From Candidatus Parcubacteria bacterium (GTDB taxonomy: Bacteria > Patescibacteriota > Minisyncoccia > Phycocordibacterales > Phycocordibacteraceae): a DNA stretch of 64,000 bases. The stretch spans positions 5,270-69,269 of the forward strand of contig JAXDML010000007.1 of NCBI GenBank assembly GCA_034666125.1, in the 5' to 3' direction. A program made the position numbers and the translations under genes. Below are positions 9,646 to 18,497 of the stretch, in pieces (position 1 is the stretch's first letter; every line of letters begins with the position of its first letter). The notes beneath the pieces are model-generated. The model did not search any database and had not been told where the DNA came from. It worked only from the letters and a program-made list of their open reading frames with translations.

Positions 9646-11170
9646 CTATCACCGTTACGCCGTTCCTTCTGCGAAGAGTCCAGGCGGCAAGCGCACATCC
9701 GAGAACTCCGACAGAAGCCGCCGCACAGGGTACAGTGCGGTCGGGTCCGAGACCGGCGTTCGGCAAGCCCGGAACGCCATTGACGCTGACTGGAGCATCC
9801 GTCGCGGCTGGAGAGCTCGAGGTTTCGGTGCCGCTTGCTACGGGTTCAGAACGTCTTCGGTTGCTGCTTCCTCCGTTGCCGCCTCCGCTGCTGCTTCCCC
9901 CGCTGACTGTCGCATCGACATCGTCGTTTGTGATCGTGCATTCCAGGTTGTCACCATCGGCAAGCGTAATAGTGCCGTCGGTGGCACAGTCCCCTCCCCA
10001 GTCGCCTGCGTCATAATCGGCATTACCTGTTTCGCTCATGGTGTACGTTCCGGGGCTTAGGGTGGTTGTCGCGATACCGCTTACCGTCGGGAACGCATCG
10101 ATGAATAAGGGGAAATCTGAGACGAGCAGTGCGCCTCCGTCGTCGTTCACCACGGTCTTGGTAACGGTGAGCGCTGCGCTCGGCGGTGGCGAGCCGGCGA
10201 TGTCGTCATTCGTGATCGTACACTCGACGTCATCGCCGTCGGCAAGCGTGATGCTTCCGTCGGCAGCGCAGTCTCCGCCCCACACGCTTGCCGCGTATCC
10301 CGCGTCATCCGTTTCGCTCACAGTGTACGTTCCGGGAGCTAGCGTCGTTGTCGCCACCCCGCTCGTTACGGATGACGCTCCGATAAAAAGCGGAAAATCA
10401 GAGATCTCCATCGTGCCTCCGTCGTCGTTCACCACACTTTTGGTGACCGTGAGCGTCGCGCTGGGAGCCGCGCATGACGGGACCGTGATCGTGTCTATCG
10501 CAGTCGTGACCGTGCCGCCGAAACCGAGCGCCCTTCCGACCCACGTTACGGTCGAACCGACAGTGATCGCGGCGGCATCGATCACGGTTCCCCTGAATGT
10601 CGAGTTAGCGCCGAGCGTCGTGGCGCCTGTCGGCGTCCACCATATGTCGCATTCGGACGCTCCGGGCCCGAGAGTGACGACGGACGCCGCCACACTATCG
10701 AGTGCGCCGGTCATCCTGAAGATATAGGTTCCTGCGCCAGTAAGGGTGATACCGCCCGTTCCCACCGAGGCCGCGCCCGTTATGCAGTAGACTCCGGGTC
10801 CGTAGGTGGCCGTCGGGAATTGTGCGTTTGCGGCAAGGTCGACCGCACCCGCCGGAAACGTGAAGGTACAGAGCTCGCTATTCAAGGCCGCAAGGGCCGC
10901 GGCTTGGTCGACGCCTGCCTGGGCATGCGTGGGGCCAGGCGTATAGGTCGTACCGTTAACAGTGGGTGCCATTGCCGGTCCGGTGGTATAGCCGAGGTCT
11001 CCATTGATGGTCGTCCCCGGTACCGTATTCGTGTAGGTGCTGGAGAGAATGCCGAACGTGTCGGCCAGTCCAAGCGAAGGTGAGGTCGCGCCGTGCGCAA
11101 CGTTTCCCACCAGCAGGAGCGCGAGCGAAAGTGTCACTGACACCGCACGGATCCTGTTGTGTTTATTCAA
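9635..11170 (-). CDS. Sortase-anchored surface protein: ice-binding (DUF3494-like) domain, two Ig/prealbumin-like repeats, LPNAG
   Basis: Signal peptide; SLGLADTFGIL, TYGPGVYC, ATTLGANSTFRGTVI, WVGRAL; two TVTK-VVNDDGG repeats; LPNAG + hydrophobic helix + RRR. Start uncertain (TTG 11170, below a TACACT box near 11220). Confidence 0.8.
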   Translation of the reverse strand: MNKHNRIRAVSVTLSLALLLVGNVAHGATSPSLGLADTFGILSSTYTNTVPGTTINGDLGYTTGPAMAPTVNGTTYTPGPTHAQAGVDQAAALAALNSELCTFTFPAGAVDLAANAQFPTATYGPGVYCITGAASVGTGGITLTGAGTYIFRMTGALDSVAASVVTLGPGASECDIWWTPTGATTLGANSTFRGTVIDAAAITVGSTVTWVGRALGFGGTVTTAIDTITVPSCAAPSATLTVTKSVVNDDGGTMEISDFPLFIGASSVTSGVATTTLAPGTYTVSETDDAGYAASVWGGDCAADGSITLADGDDVECTITNDDIAGSPPPSAALTVTKTVVNDDGGALLVSDFPLFIDAFPTVSGIATTTLSPGTYTMSETGNADYDAGDWGGDCATDGTITLADGDNLECTITNDDVDATVSGGSSSGGGNGGSSNRRRSEPVASGTETSSSPAATDAPVSVNGVPGLPNAGLGPDRTVPCAAASVGVLGCALAAWTLRRRNGVTVIDAV

Positions 11171-11334
11171 AATGTATTTATTTAGGGAGACGGCTCTCGT
11201 AATGAGCTCTTGCCTTAAGTGTACCCTTTTATTTCCGTATCCGCGTCTTCTCTGTCCCCCTTTTCGGGACTGGAATGTGAAGCCGCCCATATAGGCGGTT
11301 TCGCGAGTGGCACGCCCTCATAGACGCTGTGGAA

Positions 11335-13173
11335 CTAAGACTTGCCAGGACGTGCCTGCTTGTCCGCATGTGCCTGCCGCCGAACCCACTCCCCGTACGT
11401 AGCCGCCATATCTTCGAAGCTTTTCCTGTTGTCCGCTATCGTTTTCTTTCCGTGGACCATGCTGATGCTCACGTTCAGGCGTACCGGTCTGGCGTAGGAA
11501 CGGACCGAAGCAAGCCGTTCGGCCTTCTTCCTGTCGGCAGCGATGGCCCGGTCGACGGGCATCGTCATCTCATCGAGAAGTGCTTTCGGGGACGGGTTCT
11601 TGCCAGTGGCCCTTCTTACGGATTCTTTATACGCATACCGGGCGCCGGGCTTCCACGCCTTCGTCATCTCCTTGCCGACGTGCGGGTTATCCACGATGTA
11701 TCCGTACTCCTTCCGGAAATACGCGCGCCATTGCGACAAGGCGATCTCAGCGAGGCCATAGCCGTGATAGGAAGCCGAACTCTCCCATGTATAGATATGG
11801 GGAACGTTGAGCGCGTACAGCGAATCCTCCGAGTGATCGAAATGTTTTTGATACGCCTTCCGGGCGATGGCCATCGCCTTCTTCGGCGTCAGATCCCGGG
11901 CTTCATAGATCTCCCGCTCGAAGTCCGAAACGAAAAGTATCGAATGCATGCGGGCCGCACGGAGCGGCGCGAGCTTTCGCATCTTGCGCTCGTGCAGTTC
12001 GAAGGGATAGGGCCTGCCGTCCTTGTCCTTCGCGTAGCGCGTTTTCCATTCGATACTCGCGAACAGCGTATCGAGGAACATGCTCTGCGTTTCGGCCCAA
12101 GACATGGGCATGGGCGCGAATTCCTGATTAAGGATGACCTCGCGCTCTTCCGCGTTCAGGAGATGGGCGGCGTGTCCTCCTTCATGGAAGAGCGTGTTGT
12201 GCCCCTGGATGCCCGACCCTACCTGGCCGGCAACCGCGTTGCAGGTGAAGTTCGCCGTTCCGGCCTTACGCTTCCCTTTCTCGTAGTGAACGATATCGGG
12301 CCAGTGGCAGAAGCCGTTATTCCACTTTCCTTTGCGGTCCATGAGATCGAGCTTCAGTCGGCCTTTCTTATAGTCGATGCCCAGGGCGGCGAACGATCTG
12401 CCCCAGCGCATGAGCGCGTCATCGAACTGGAAGTACGGATCCTCTTCCTTGGTAAAATCCCCCGCCATCAGGTAATGGAAGTTCCACGGCTTCCGGAGCC
12501 CCGGAGTCTTCTTCTCAAGCTTCCGGATCTCTTTAAAGACGAATTTCGTCTTGTCGTAGATGGAATCGAAGAGCGAGAACAGCTCCTTTTTGGTCATGCC
12601 GTCCTCCCGCTCGACCTTGAACGCATAAAAGTCCTCGTGTCCCATGTTCCGCGCGTACTCGTTCCGGAGACGTACCATCTCGACATACTCGACGAGAAAA
12701 TCCTGCGCGAGCTTTTCGCATGCCGTGAAGCACGCCTTGCGGACCTTCTCGTCGTCATGCGTACTTCTCGTCGTCCGCATCCTGAGATACGAGGCTTCCA
12801 CGAACCTCTTCTTATACGGGTCTACGTATCCCTCCTTTCGAGTTCCCCGCTTCTTGAGGATGTCGGATTCGAGGCCGTCGATCCTGCCTTTTAACTCGAG
12901 TACCTCCGGAGGTGATTGATAGAGCTCGAAAAAGCGCACCCAGATCCCAATGCGTTCTCTACTCGCCTTATCTGCCGTACTGAGCAGGGCCTTCGCCTTC
13001 CCATGCAGCCCGCCGTCGCTCCGGAACGCATCCCGTGCGGCAAGCGCCTTGTCCTTGCGCGCATCGACGGAATGATCGCCCATATACGAGATCCAGAACA
13101 GGTCCTCGTACGCCTTGTGGAGCTTCAGGTATTTCTTATTGAGCTTGTCTAAGAATGCCTGCGCCGATGTCAT
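11335..13173 (-). CDS. M3/M2-family zinc oligopeptidase
   Basis: [28 protein letters not shown]. Confidence 0.85.
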   Translation of the reverse strand: MTSAQAFLDKLNKKYLKLHKAYEDLFWISYMGDHSVDARKDKALAARDAFRSDGGLHGKAKALLSTADKASRERIGIWVRFFELYQSPPEVLELKGRIDGLESDILKKRGTRKEGYVDPYKKRFVEASYLRMRTTRSTHDDEKVRKACFTACEKLAQDFLVEYVEMVRLRNEYARNMGHEDFYAFKVEREDGMTKKELFSLFDSIYDKTKFVFKEIRKLEKKTPGLRKPWNFHYLMAGDFTKEEDPYFQFDDALMRWGRSFAALGIDYKKGRLKLDLMDRKGKWNNGFCHWPDIVHYEKGKRKAGTANFTCNAVAGQVGSGIQGHNTLFHEGGHAAHLLNAEEREVILNQEFAPMPMSWAETQSMFLDTLFASIEWKTRYAKDKDGRPYPFELHERKMRKLAPLRAARMHSILFVSDFEREIYEARDLTPKKAMAIARKAYQKHFDHSEDSLYALNVPHIYTWESSASYHGYGLAEIALSQWRAYFRKEYGYIVDNPHVGKEMTKAWKPGARYAYKESVRRATGKNPSPKALLDEMTMPVDRAIAADRKKAERLASVRSYARPVRLNVSISMVHGKKTIADNRKSFEDMAATYGEWVRRQAHADKQARPGKS

Positions 13174-13213
13174 CGAGGAGAGTATACCCCAGCTCAGATA
13201 TGCTTGGACCGGA

Positions 13214-13245
13214 ACACAGGACCGCCCGGGTGGGCGGTCCTGTGT
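13214..13245. terminator. Hairpin terminator after the pilin gene
   Basis: ACACAGGACCGCCC/GGGCGGTCCTGTGT 14-bp stem. Confidence 0.65.
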
Positions 13246-13269
13246 AGTTGCGCGGGCTCGGAGCCAAGA

Positions 13270-13803
13270 TTAAGGATTGGACCAACAGCCTGGGTTGCTC
13301 CATGGCGTGGTGGCAACGCTCGCTGACCCGCTACTGCCCATGCAGTAATACTGCTGAATGCCAGGGAGCCACGCCATAACGGTGAAGTGATTATTGGTAT
13401 TGAGAGGCGCTTGCGCGTAATTTATATATAAGCATTGGGTGGCACCTAGCCCGCAATTCGATTCATTCCTTAAAAGCGCTGCACATATATCCCGCTGTTG
13501 GGTTGCATACGTTCCTGTCGGGGGAATTACAGGAGACGTGCACTCGGAAACGGTTCCATACCAACTGCTTGCATTTCCTGAGCTAAAAAGCGGCCCGTAG
13601 CTGCCGGTATCGGCATATTGCGATTGAAACAAATTTACCAGTTCTCTCATCTCCAATTTGATCGCCGCATCTCTTCCCTTATTACGGGCCGTATTCAGCG
13701 ATGCGAGGACTATAGATGACAGCAGGCCTATTATGGAGATCACCACGAGAAGCTCAATGAGAGTGAACGCTCGTTTTGATTTTTCACGAGAAAGGGCGCT
13801 CAT
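13270..13803 (-). CDS. Type IV pilin-like protein (outside the main pilus locus)
   Basis: AFTLIELLVVISIIGLLSSIVLASL class III signal; C-terminal Cys pair; AT-richer than flanks. Confidence 0.9.
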   Translation of the reverse strand: MSALSREKSKRAFTLIELLVVISIIGLLSSIVLASLNTARNKGRDAAIKLEMRELVNLFQSQYADTGSYGPLFSSGNASSWYGTVSECTSPVIPPTGTYATQQRDICAALLRNESNCGLGATQCLYINYAQAPLNTNNHFTVMAWLPGIQQYYCMGSSGSASVATTPWSNPGCWSNP

Positions 13804-14081
13804 GGCTTGGGTATGGGCATCAATGTACCACTGGCAGAGGGAATGCCTGGCATATAGGGGGGTGGGGCTGAACGATTCATTCCGAAGAGAACGTAGATAC
13901 CGATTGCGAGAACGATGGCAATGACCGCAACCACCACAAGTACCCGCTCACCCTGCTTCGCCGTCTGTACGGTCTTATTTTTTACAAGCCACGCCAATAT
14001 GCCCTTGGGAGCGCCCTGTACGATACGAATGTTGCCGACCGTATTCGGGTTTTCCTCAAGAAAAACCACCTCGTTACTCAT
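13800..14081 (-). CDS. Small single-TM hypothetical protein
   Basis: One hydrophobic helix; ATGA-coupled to the pilin; TATACT 6 nt upstream. Confidence 0.65.
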   Translation of the reverse strand: MSNEVVFLEENPNTVGNIRIVQGAPKGILAWLVKNKTVQTAKQGERVLVVVAVIAIVLAIGIYVLFGMNRSAPPPYMPGIPSASGTLMPIPKP

Positions 14082-14129
14082 CGTACAAGTATAGCAAGCC
14101 TACTGAGCGCACTGGATTCCACGGTATAC

Positions 14130-14164
14130 GAAGAACAAGAGTCCCTGAGGGACTCTTGTTCTTC
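14130..14164. terminator. Terminator after tRNA-Asp
   Basis: GAAGAACAAGAGTCCC/GGGACTCTTGTTCTTC inverted repeat. Confidence 0.7.
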
Positions 14165-14168
14165 TAGG

Positions 14169-14242
14169 CGCGGTCGACGAGACTTGAACTCGCAACCTCC
14201 CGCGTGACAGGCGGGTGCTCTAACCAGTTGAGCTACGACCGC
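14169..14242 (-). tRNA. tRNA-Asp(GTC)
   Basis: GCGGTCG..CGACCGC-G, loop CTGTCAC; CCA not encoded. Confidence 0.95.
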
Positions 14243-14293
14243 AAACTTGGTTAACCTCAGGAATATACCGTTCCTGAGCCTTATATACAAGGG

Positions 14294-14367
14294 TGTCGGG
14301 GGTGGGGAATGATCCCACGACCTTAGCGTTATGAGTGCTACGCTCTAACCAACTGAGCTACCCCGAC
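14294..14367 (-). tRNA. tRNA with CAT anticodon (probably elongator Met)
   Basis: GTCGGGG..CCCCGAC-A, loop CTCATAA; paired 1:72; atypical T-loop ATCATTC. Confidence 0.85.
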
Positions 14368-14405
14368 AATATCGATACCTTACTACGCACCCCCTGCGAA
14401 TTCAA

Positions 14406-16058
14406 TTAGCTTATCGGCAGCTCCACGATGAAGCGCGAGCCCTGGTCCTTCCCGTCCGACTCGGCCCACACCTTCCCCTGATGCGCTTCGATGATGTTTT
14501 TCACGATGTAGAGCCCGAAGCCGGTCGACTCGACGTTCACCTTCTGCGACTCCTTGCCGTGGCCGCCCTCGGTGAAGAGGAGCCGCATGTCCTCCGGAGT
14601 GATGCCAACGCCCGTGTCTTTGATAAGCAACCGCACCTTCTCTTCTCCGCGCTCGAGCGACACCTCCACGCTTCCCTTCGGCGTGTACTTGATCGAGTTG
14701 TCGATGAGGTTCTTGAAGGCGTTCGTGAGCTGCATGCGGTCGCCCTGGATGGTGAAGTCGCCGTCGCCGCCTTTCATAGTGAGCGCCAGGCCCTTGGTGT
14801 CCGCGCCCGGCTTCAGGTCGGCAACGATGCTTCCGACCAGCTCCTTGAGGTCAAGCGGCGACTTCGCGTACGTCACCTTGCCGCTCTTGATGTTCGCGGC
14901 GTTCAGGATCTCCTGGATGGTGTTCACTCCCTTGGTGTCCGAACGGAGGCCTTCCTCGACCATCGGCTTCATCGTATCCGGGAGCGAGCCGAAGTCGCCT
15001 TCGAGGAGCATCGAGAAGACGTTGCGCGACTTGGTCACGAAGCCCTTCAGCTGATGCGTGATGAAGTGGATGAGGATGATCTGCTGCTGGTTGGCGGTCT
15101 CGAGGTCCTTGGCAAGCACCTCCACACGCTCACGCTGTTGAATTTCCCTATACACGCTCCGGACAAGCAAGACTCCAAGTATCAGCACGAAGATCAGGGT
15201 GATCGACACGACCACTCGTATGTTCTCGACGGAGCGTATGAAAAGCAGCGCGAGGACGAGTATCCACAAAGCCGCGACAAGCGCCTGGGCCCCGATAAGC
15301 TTCGCATTGAATGCTCTAAAACGGACTATGAGGTAGGCCAGGAACGCCGTGAAGATCGGGGCCCCGAAGAGGCCGTACTGGCCGATATACCAGTTTTCCG
15401 TAAAGACCTCGAGGATATTCCCCAGGGAGAAGCTGAGGAGAAAGGCCGTGATGCCGATCGTAAGGAGCGCGATCATGGTCCTCTCGCCCGGCTTGCGGGC
15501 CTTGATAAAGGCTAGCGCGGCGAAGAGCAGGATGGATACCGCATACAGGATCTCGATGATGTACCCGTAGGTCGTCGCGATGCCTTCGTACGCGTTACGA
15601 TCGCAATTGGAAAGATCGTAGCCCAGTAGCGCGAAGCGGGTCGGAGCGAGCACCATAACGGGGATGAGCGGGATCGCGAAGAACACTTTCTGCCATACCG
15701 AAAGGTCCTTCTTATATATGAAGGCGTAGAAGAAGTAGAAAGCGAAGAAATATACCAGCGGCTCGACCAGGACCAGTATCGTCCAGAAGAACATCGTGTA
15801 CGCGGGCGTCTCGGTCGCCCAGGTGACCATGGCACCGAAGACCCATGCCGCAAAGGAAAGCGCCGTGAGGAGTATGAGCTGGTTGGGGAGCCTCTTCGGA
15901 CCTTTTGAGAATATGAAAAGCGCGATAAGCAGGGTCGGGATGACCGATCCGAGATAGCTGTAATAGAGAAGCGGAGAAAAGACGTTATCGGAAATGACCA
16001 GGAACTGGGAAGGAGCCCACTCGCAGCTCTGGATCAACTCGGCTATGACGGGGCTCAT
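14406..16058 (-). CDS. Multi-TM sensor histidine kinase
   Basis: Many N-terminal TM helices; H-box HFITHQLK, N-box NLIDNSIKYT, DTGVGI, TGFGLYIVK. Confidence 0.9.
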   Translation of the reverse strand: MSPVIAELIQSCEWAPSQFLVISDNVFSPLLYYSYLGSVIPTLLIALFIFSKGPKRLPNQLILLTALSFAAWVFGAMVTWATETPAYTMFFWTILVLVEPLVYFFAFYFFYAFIYKKDLSVWQKVFFAIPLIPVMVLAPTRFALLGYDLSNCDRNAYEGIATTYGYIIEILYAVSILLFAALAFIKARKPGERTMIALLTIGITAFLLSFSLGNILEVFTENWYIGQYGLFGAPIFTAFLAYLIVRFRAFNAKLIGAQALVAALWILVLALLFIRSVENIRVVVSITLIFVLILGVLLVRSVYREIQQRERVEVLAKDLETANQQQIILIHFITHQLKGFVTKSRNVFSMLLEGDFGSLPDTMKPMVEEGLRSDTKGVNTIQEILNAANIKSGKVTYAKSPLDLKELVGSIVADLKPGADTKGLALTMKGGDGDFTIQGDRMQLTNAFKNLIDNSIKYTPKGSVEVSLERGEEKVRLLIKDTGVGITPEDMRLLFTEGGHGKESQKVNVESTGFGLYIVKNIIEAHQGKVWAESDGKDQGSRFIVELPIS

Positions 16059-16222
16059 AGCGAATAGCTGCCCGGATCAAAACGGTCTGGGATCTCCTCC
16101 TCGGTCGTGAAATACACGAAGTCCTGCTGGTGTACGTATTTCCACCACGCTACGCCGCCCGATATGAGGATCAGGAGAAGCAGTATGGAGATATACAGGG
16201 AGCTTCCCTTGGTGGCCGCCAT
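16055..16222 (-). CDS. Small 55-aa single-TM protein (not in ORF track)
   Basis: MAATKGSSLYISILLLLILISGGVAWWKYVHQQDFVYFTTEEEIPDRFDPGSYSL; stop overlaps the kinase ATG; TATAAT 7 nt upstream. Confidence 0.7.
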   Translation of the reverse strand: MAATKGSSLYISILLLLILISGGVAWWKYVHQQDFVYFTTEEEIPDRFDPGSYSL

Positions 16223-16230
16223 ACCGTTTA

Positions 16231-16626
16231 TTATACAACGTCGTAAGGGTCTTCATCGAACTCCCCGTAATTATTGGTGAGCTCCTCTCCCGCCTGGATG
16301 TCCCGTGTTGCGTGACACACCAGCGCGTCCTCCATCTCCTTCCCTGCGGGTATGTGGCAGGTCGTGTTGGCGTCGGGGTCGTGATTGAAGAAGCGCGCGT
16401 CGTCGGAGCAGAGGATGTAGCGTCCCGTATGCTTGCTGAGATACGCGTAATTGAAGAAGTCCTCCCTCGCAGGTTCCGACAGCTTCTCCACCTCTTCCTT
16501 CGTGACGGCGAGGTCGAAGCCGGGAGCGAACTCCCATACCTTCGTGCCTTCCTTGATAGGCTCCTCGGCGAATAGGCCGATCCCGTGGATGGCACTCGGC
16601 CCGAGCGTTGATTTCACCAGGATCAT
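16231..16626 (-). CDS. SET domain protein (no post-SET)
   Basis: SAIHGIGLFA, RFFNHDPDAN, ATRDIQAGEELTNNY; start MILVKS overlaps the upstream stop. Confidence 0.88.
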   Translation of the reverse strand: MILVKSTLGPSAIHGIGLFAEEPIKEGTKVWEFAPGFDLAVTKEEVEKLSEPAREDFFNYAYLSKHTGRYILCSDDARFFNHDPDANTTCHIPAGKEMEDALVCHATRDIQAGEELTNNYGEFDEDPYDVV

Positions 16627-17126
16627 ATCGTTGCACCGCCGGGGCTGTCCTTCTGGTCGCGTCCCCGCAAATACAGCTTCTTGAAGTACGTAGGGACATA
16701 CGGCAGATAGGCGTTGAACTGCTCTTCCGGGATATGGTGTATGGAGGTGATGAGCTTGCGGCAATTGGCTTCACCGCAGGTACATTCCATCTCCCACAGA
16801 TTGTCGCTTTCGGTGATCGAATAGTCGATCGTGATCTCTTCCCCTTCTTTGATATCCCTGAGCGCGATCATGGTGACCTTCCCCTTTATGCCGCTATTGG
16901 GGCTGCAAGAATGGTTCAGGTACTGGTTCGGGTGATCGGGATCGATCCAGCGGTTCCTTCCGATACCTATCCAGTTCGGGTTCGAAGCGGACTGCTCCCT
17001 GTTGGTAATGGCGAGATATTTTGCGTCCCCTTTGATGTATTGAATGAGCTCTCCTTTCCTGATCGCTTCCCCGGCGGCTACGCCTTTCCCGTCTATTTCG
17101 CTCGTACGAATATAGATGTGCTTCAT
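16623..17126 (-). CDS. SET domain protein with post-SET Zn motif
   Basis: SEIDGKGV, YLNHSCSPN, ALRDIKEGEEITIDY, CTCGEANCR. Confidence 0.92.
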   Translation of the reverse strand: MKHIYIRTSEIDGKGVAAGEAIRKGELIQYIKGDAKYLAITNREQSASNPNWIGIGRNRWIDPDHPNQYLNHSCSPNSGIKGKVTMIALRDIKEGEEITIDYSITESDNLWEMECTCGEANCRKLITSIHHIPEEQFNAYLPYVPTYFKKLYLRGRDQKDSPGGATI

Positions 17127-17233
17127 GGCTTTGTATGGAAATAATACCAGGAAAAGCCTCTTTGTCAGTGTCCCTGTTCGTATAAAAGTGAACGCCCGGA
17201 ACCGCTTTGCAGCAGTCCCGAGCGTCCGGCCAT

Positions 17234-17827
17234 TCATCCGCTTCGCGCTTTCACGATGAAGAAGATGCTCAAATGGCAAATGCCGTCGACGATCGCGTAG
17301 GGAAGCTCCTGGTAGCTTTCCAGACGAAGGAGGACGAGGCCGATGATGCAGGCATAGGCGAAGCCCCAGAGGACCCATGCCGAGCTGCGCTCGTGTTCTG
17401 GAGTCTTCCACGCGCTCTTCCACGTCGGCAGGAAGCCGATGGGAATCGCGGACAGGGCCACCAGGTGCGACCACCACGCGTCGCCGCCCGCGAGGTACGC
17501 CACGATGGCGATCAGCGACAGGGCAACGCACACGCATTCGGTGACGGTCGGCCGCTCCCACTTCGAGAACCTCCAGACGGCGATCGACAGAAGGATGCAG
17601 CAGACGGTCGACGCGTAGAACAGCCACGTCTTCATCGGATCGCTGCTCAAGGCGTCATAGGTCCACGATTCGACCGCCATCGCGATGCCCCAGATAAGCC
17701 AGGTCCACCGATTGGGCTCGACCGATCTGGAGTCGTCAGCGTCGCGCCGAAGCGCGCGGTAATAGACCAGGTAGCCGAGGATGCCGCTTATGGAAGCAGC
17801 AGCCAGAAGTAGGTATGCTGCGGGCAT
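17234..17827 (-). CDS. Multi-TM membrane protein (PQ-loop-like)
   Basis: About 6 TM helices, VEPNRWTWLIW and LPTWKSAWKTPEHE; strong GGGGAGG ribosome-binding site. Confidence 0.65.
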   Translation of the reverse strand: MPAAYLLLAAASISGILGYLVYYRALRRDADDSRSVEPNRWTWLIWGIAMAVESWTYDALSSDPMKTWLFYASTVCCILLSIAVWRFSKWERPTVTECVCVALSLIAIVAYLAGGDAWWSHLVALSAIPIGFLPTWKSAWKTPEHERSSAWVLWGFAYACIIGLVLLRLESYQELPYAIVDGICHLSIFFIVKARSG

Positions 17828-17898
17828 CTAAGCCTCCCCTTGTTGTGAACGGAATGATCAGATCAGGCTTTAAGAAGCCTCGGTGATTGCTGTTTTAG

Positions 17899-17927
17899 AT
17901 TATAGCACAAGTACTTAAATTTTGCAA
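17899..17927 (-). promoter_or_regulatory. Sigma70-type promoter
   Basis: TTGCAA-17 nt-TATAAT with an extended TG, upstream of 17827. Confidence 0.7.
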
Positions 17928-17987
17928 GGCCCTGCGGGGGCGTAGAAAGGGGCCCGGAGCGCGAACTCCGGGCCCCTTCTCGCCGCG

Positions 17988-18383
17988 CTACCGCCCAGGC
18001 CCGCTATGGGGACCGACCGGAACGCGGAGGACGCCGCCGAGGATCGTGCAATCCTCGCGCTTGACGCCCCTGAACGACTGCCATTGCGAGCTCAGCAGAT
18101 TGCTCGTGCTGCACGCGACGAACCCGGCCTTGAACGAGCCGTTCCGGAACGACACCAGCATTCCGGGGGCGGACGCCTCAATGCGAAGCGGGTCCGGGTC
18201 GGACCGCAGGTTGAGGACCTCGATCCGGACCCGAGGAGCGGGCAGGGTGTAGTCCACGTCCATGATCGCGGACCTGGACGCGGTGGTCGACGGTTCGGTG
18301 GGCTGCTGCGCGTTCGCGGGGCTTGAGGGAAGGATGATGGCGATCATCAGACCCGTCAGTAGCCGAATGAGGAGCTTGGGCAT
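17988..18383 (-). CDS. Hypothetical secreted protein
   Basis: Signal peptide (ANA|Q), AAAGGA ribosome-binding site, followed by a hairpin at about 17946-17979. Confidence 0.55.
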   Translation of the reverse strand: MPKLLIRLLTGLMIAIILPSSPANAQQPTEPSTTASRSAIMDVDYTLPAPRVRIEVLNLRSDPDPLRIEASAPGMLVSFRNGSFKAGFVACSTSNLLSSQWQSFRGVKREDCTILGGVLRVPVGPHSGPGR

Positions 18384-18497
18384 GATGTTTCATCCTTTTC
18401 TTCCGTATGGTTGCGGCGGAAAGACCTGGGTTCCCGGCGCGAGGGCCACCTGGTAGTCCTGCCTACATTAGATACCTAACCTCCCCTTTTGCAACTC

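Noticed and set aside
9920-10460. Two ~260-bp similar segments considered as an array or mobile repeat
   Set aside because: In-frame protein domain duplication in the surface protein; no spacers.
14078-14290. 70-aa ORF, and N-terminal extensions at 3302 and 55891
   Set aside because: They overlap tRNA genes.
16623-17627. 334-aa version of the SET protein
   Set aside because: The extension overlaps the upstream membrane gene in another frame; the SET domain starts at ATG 17126.
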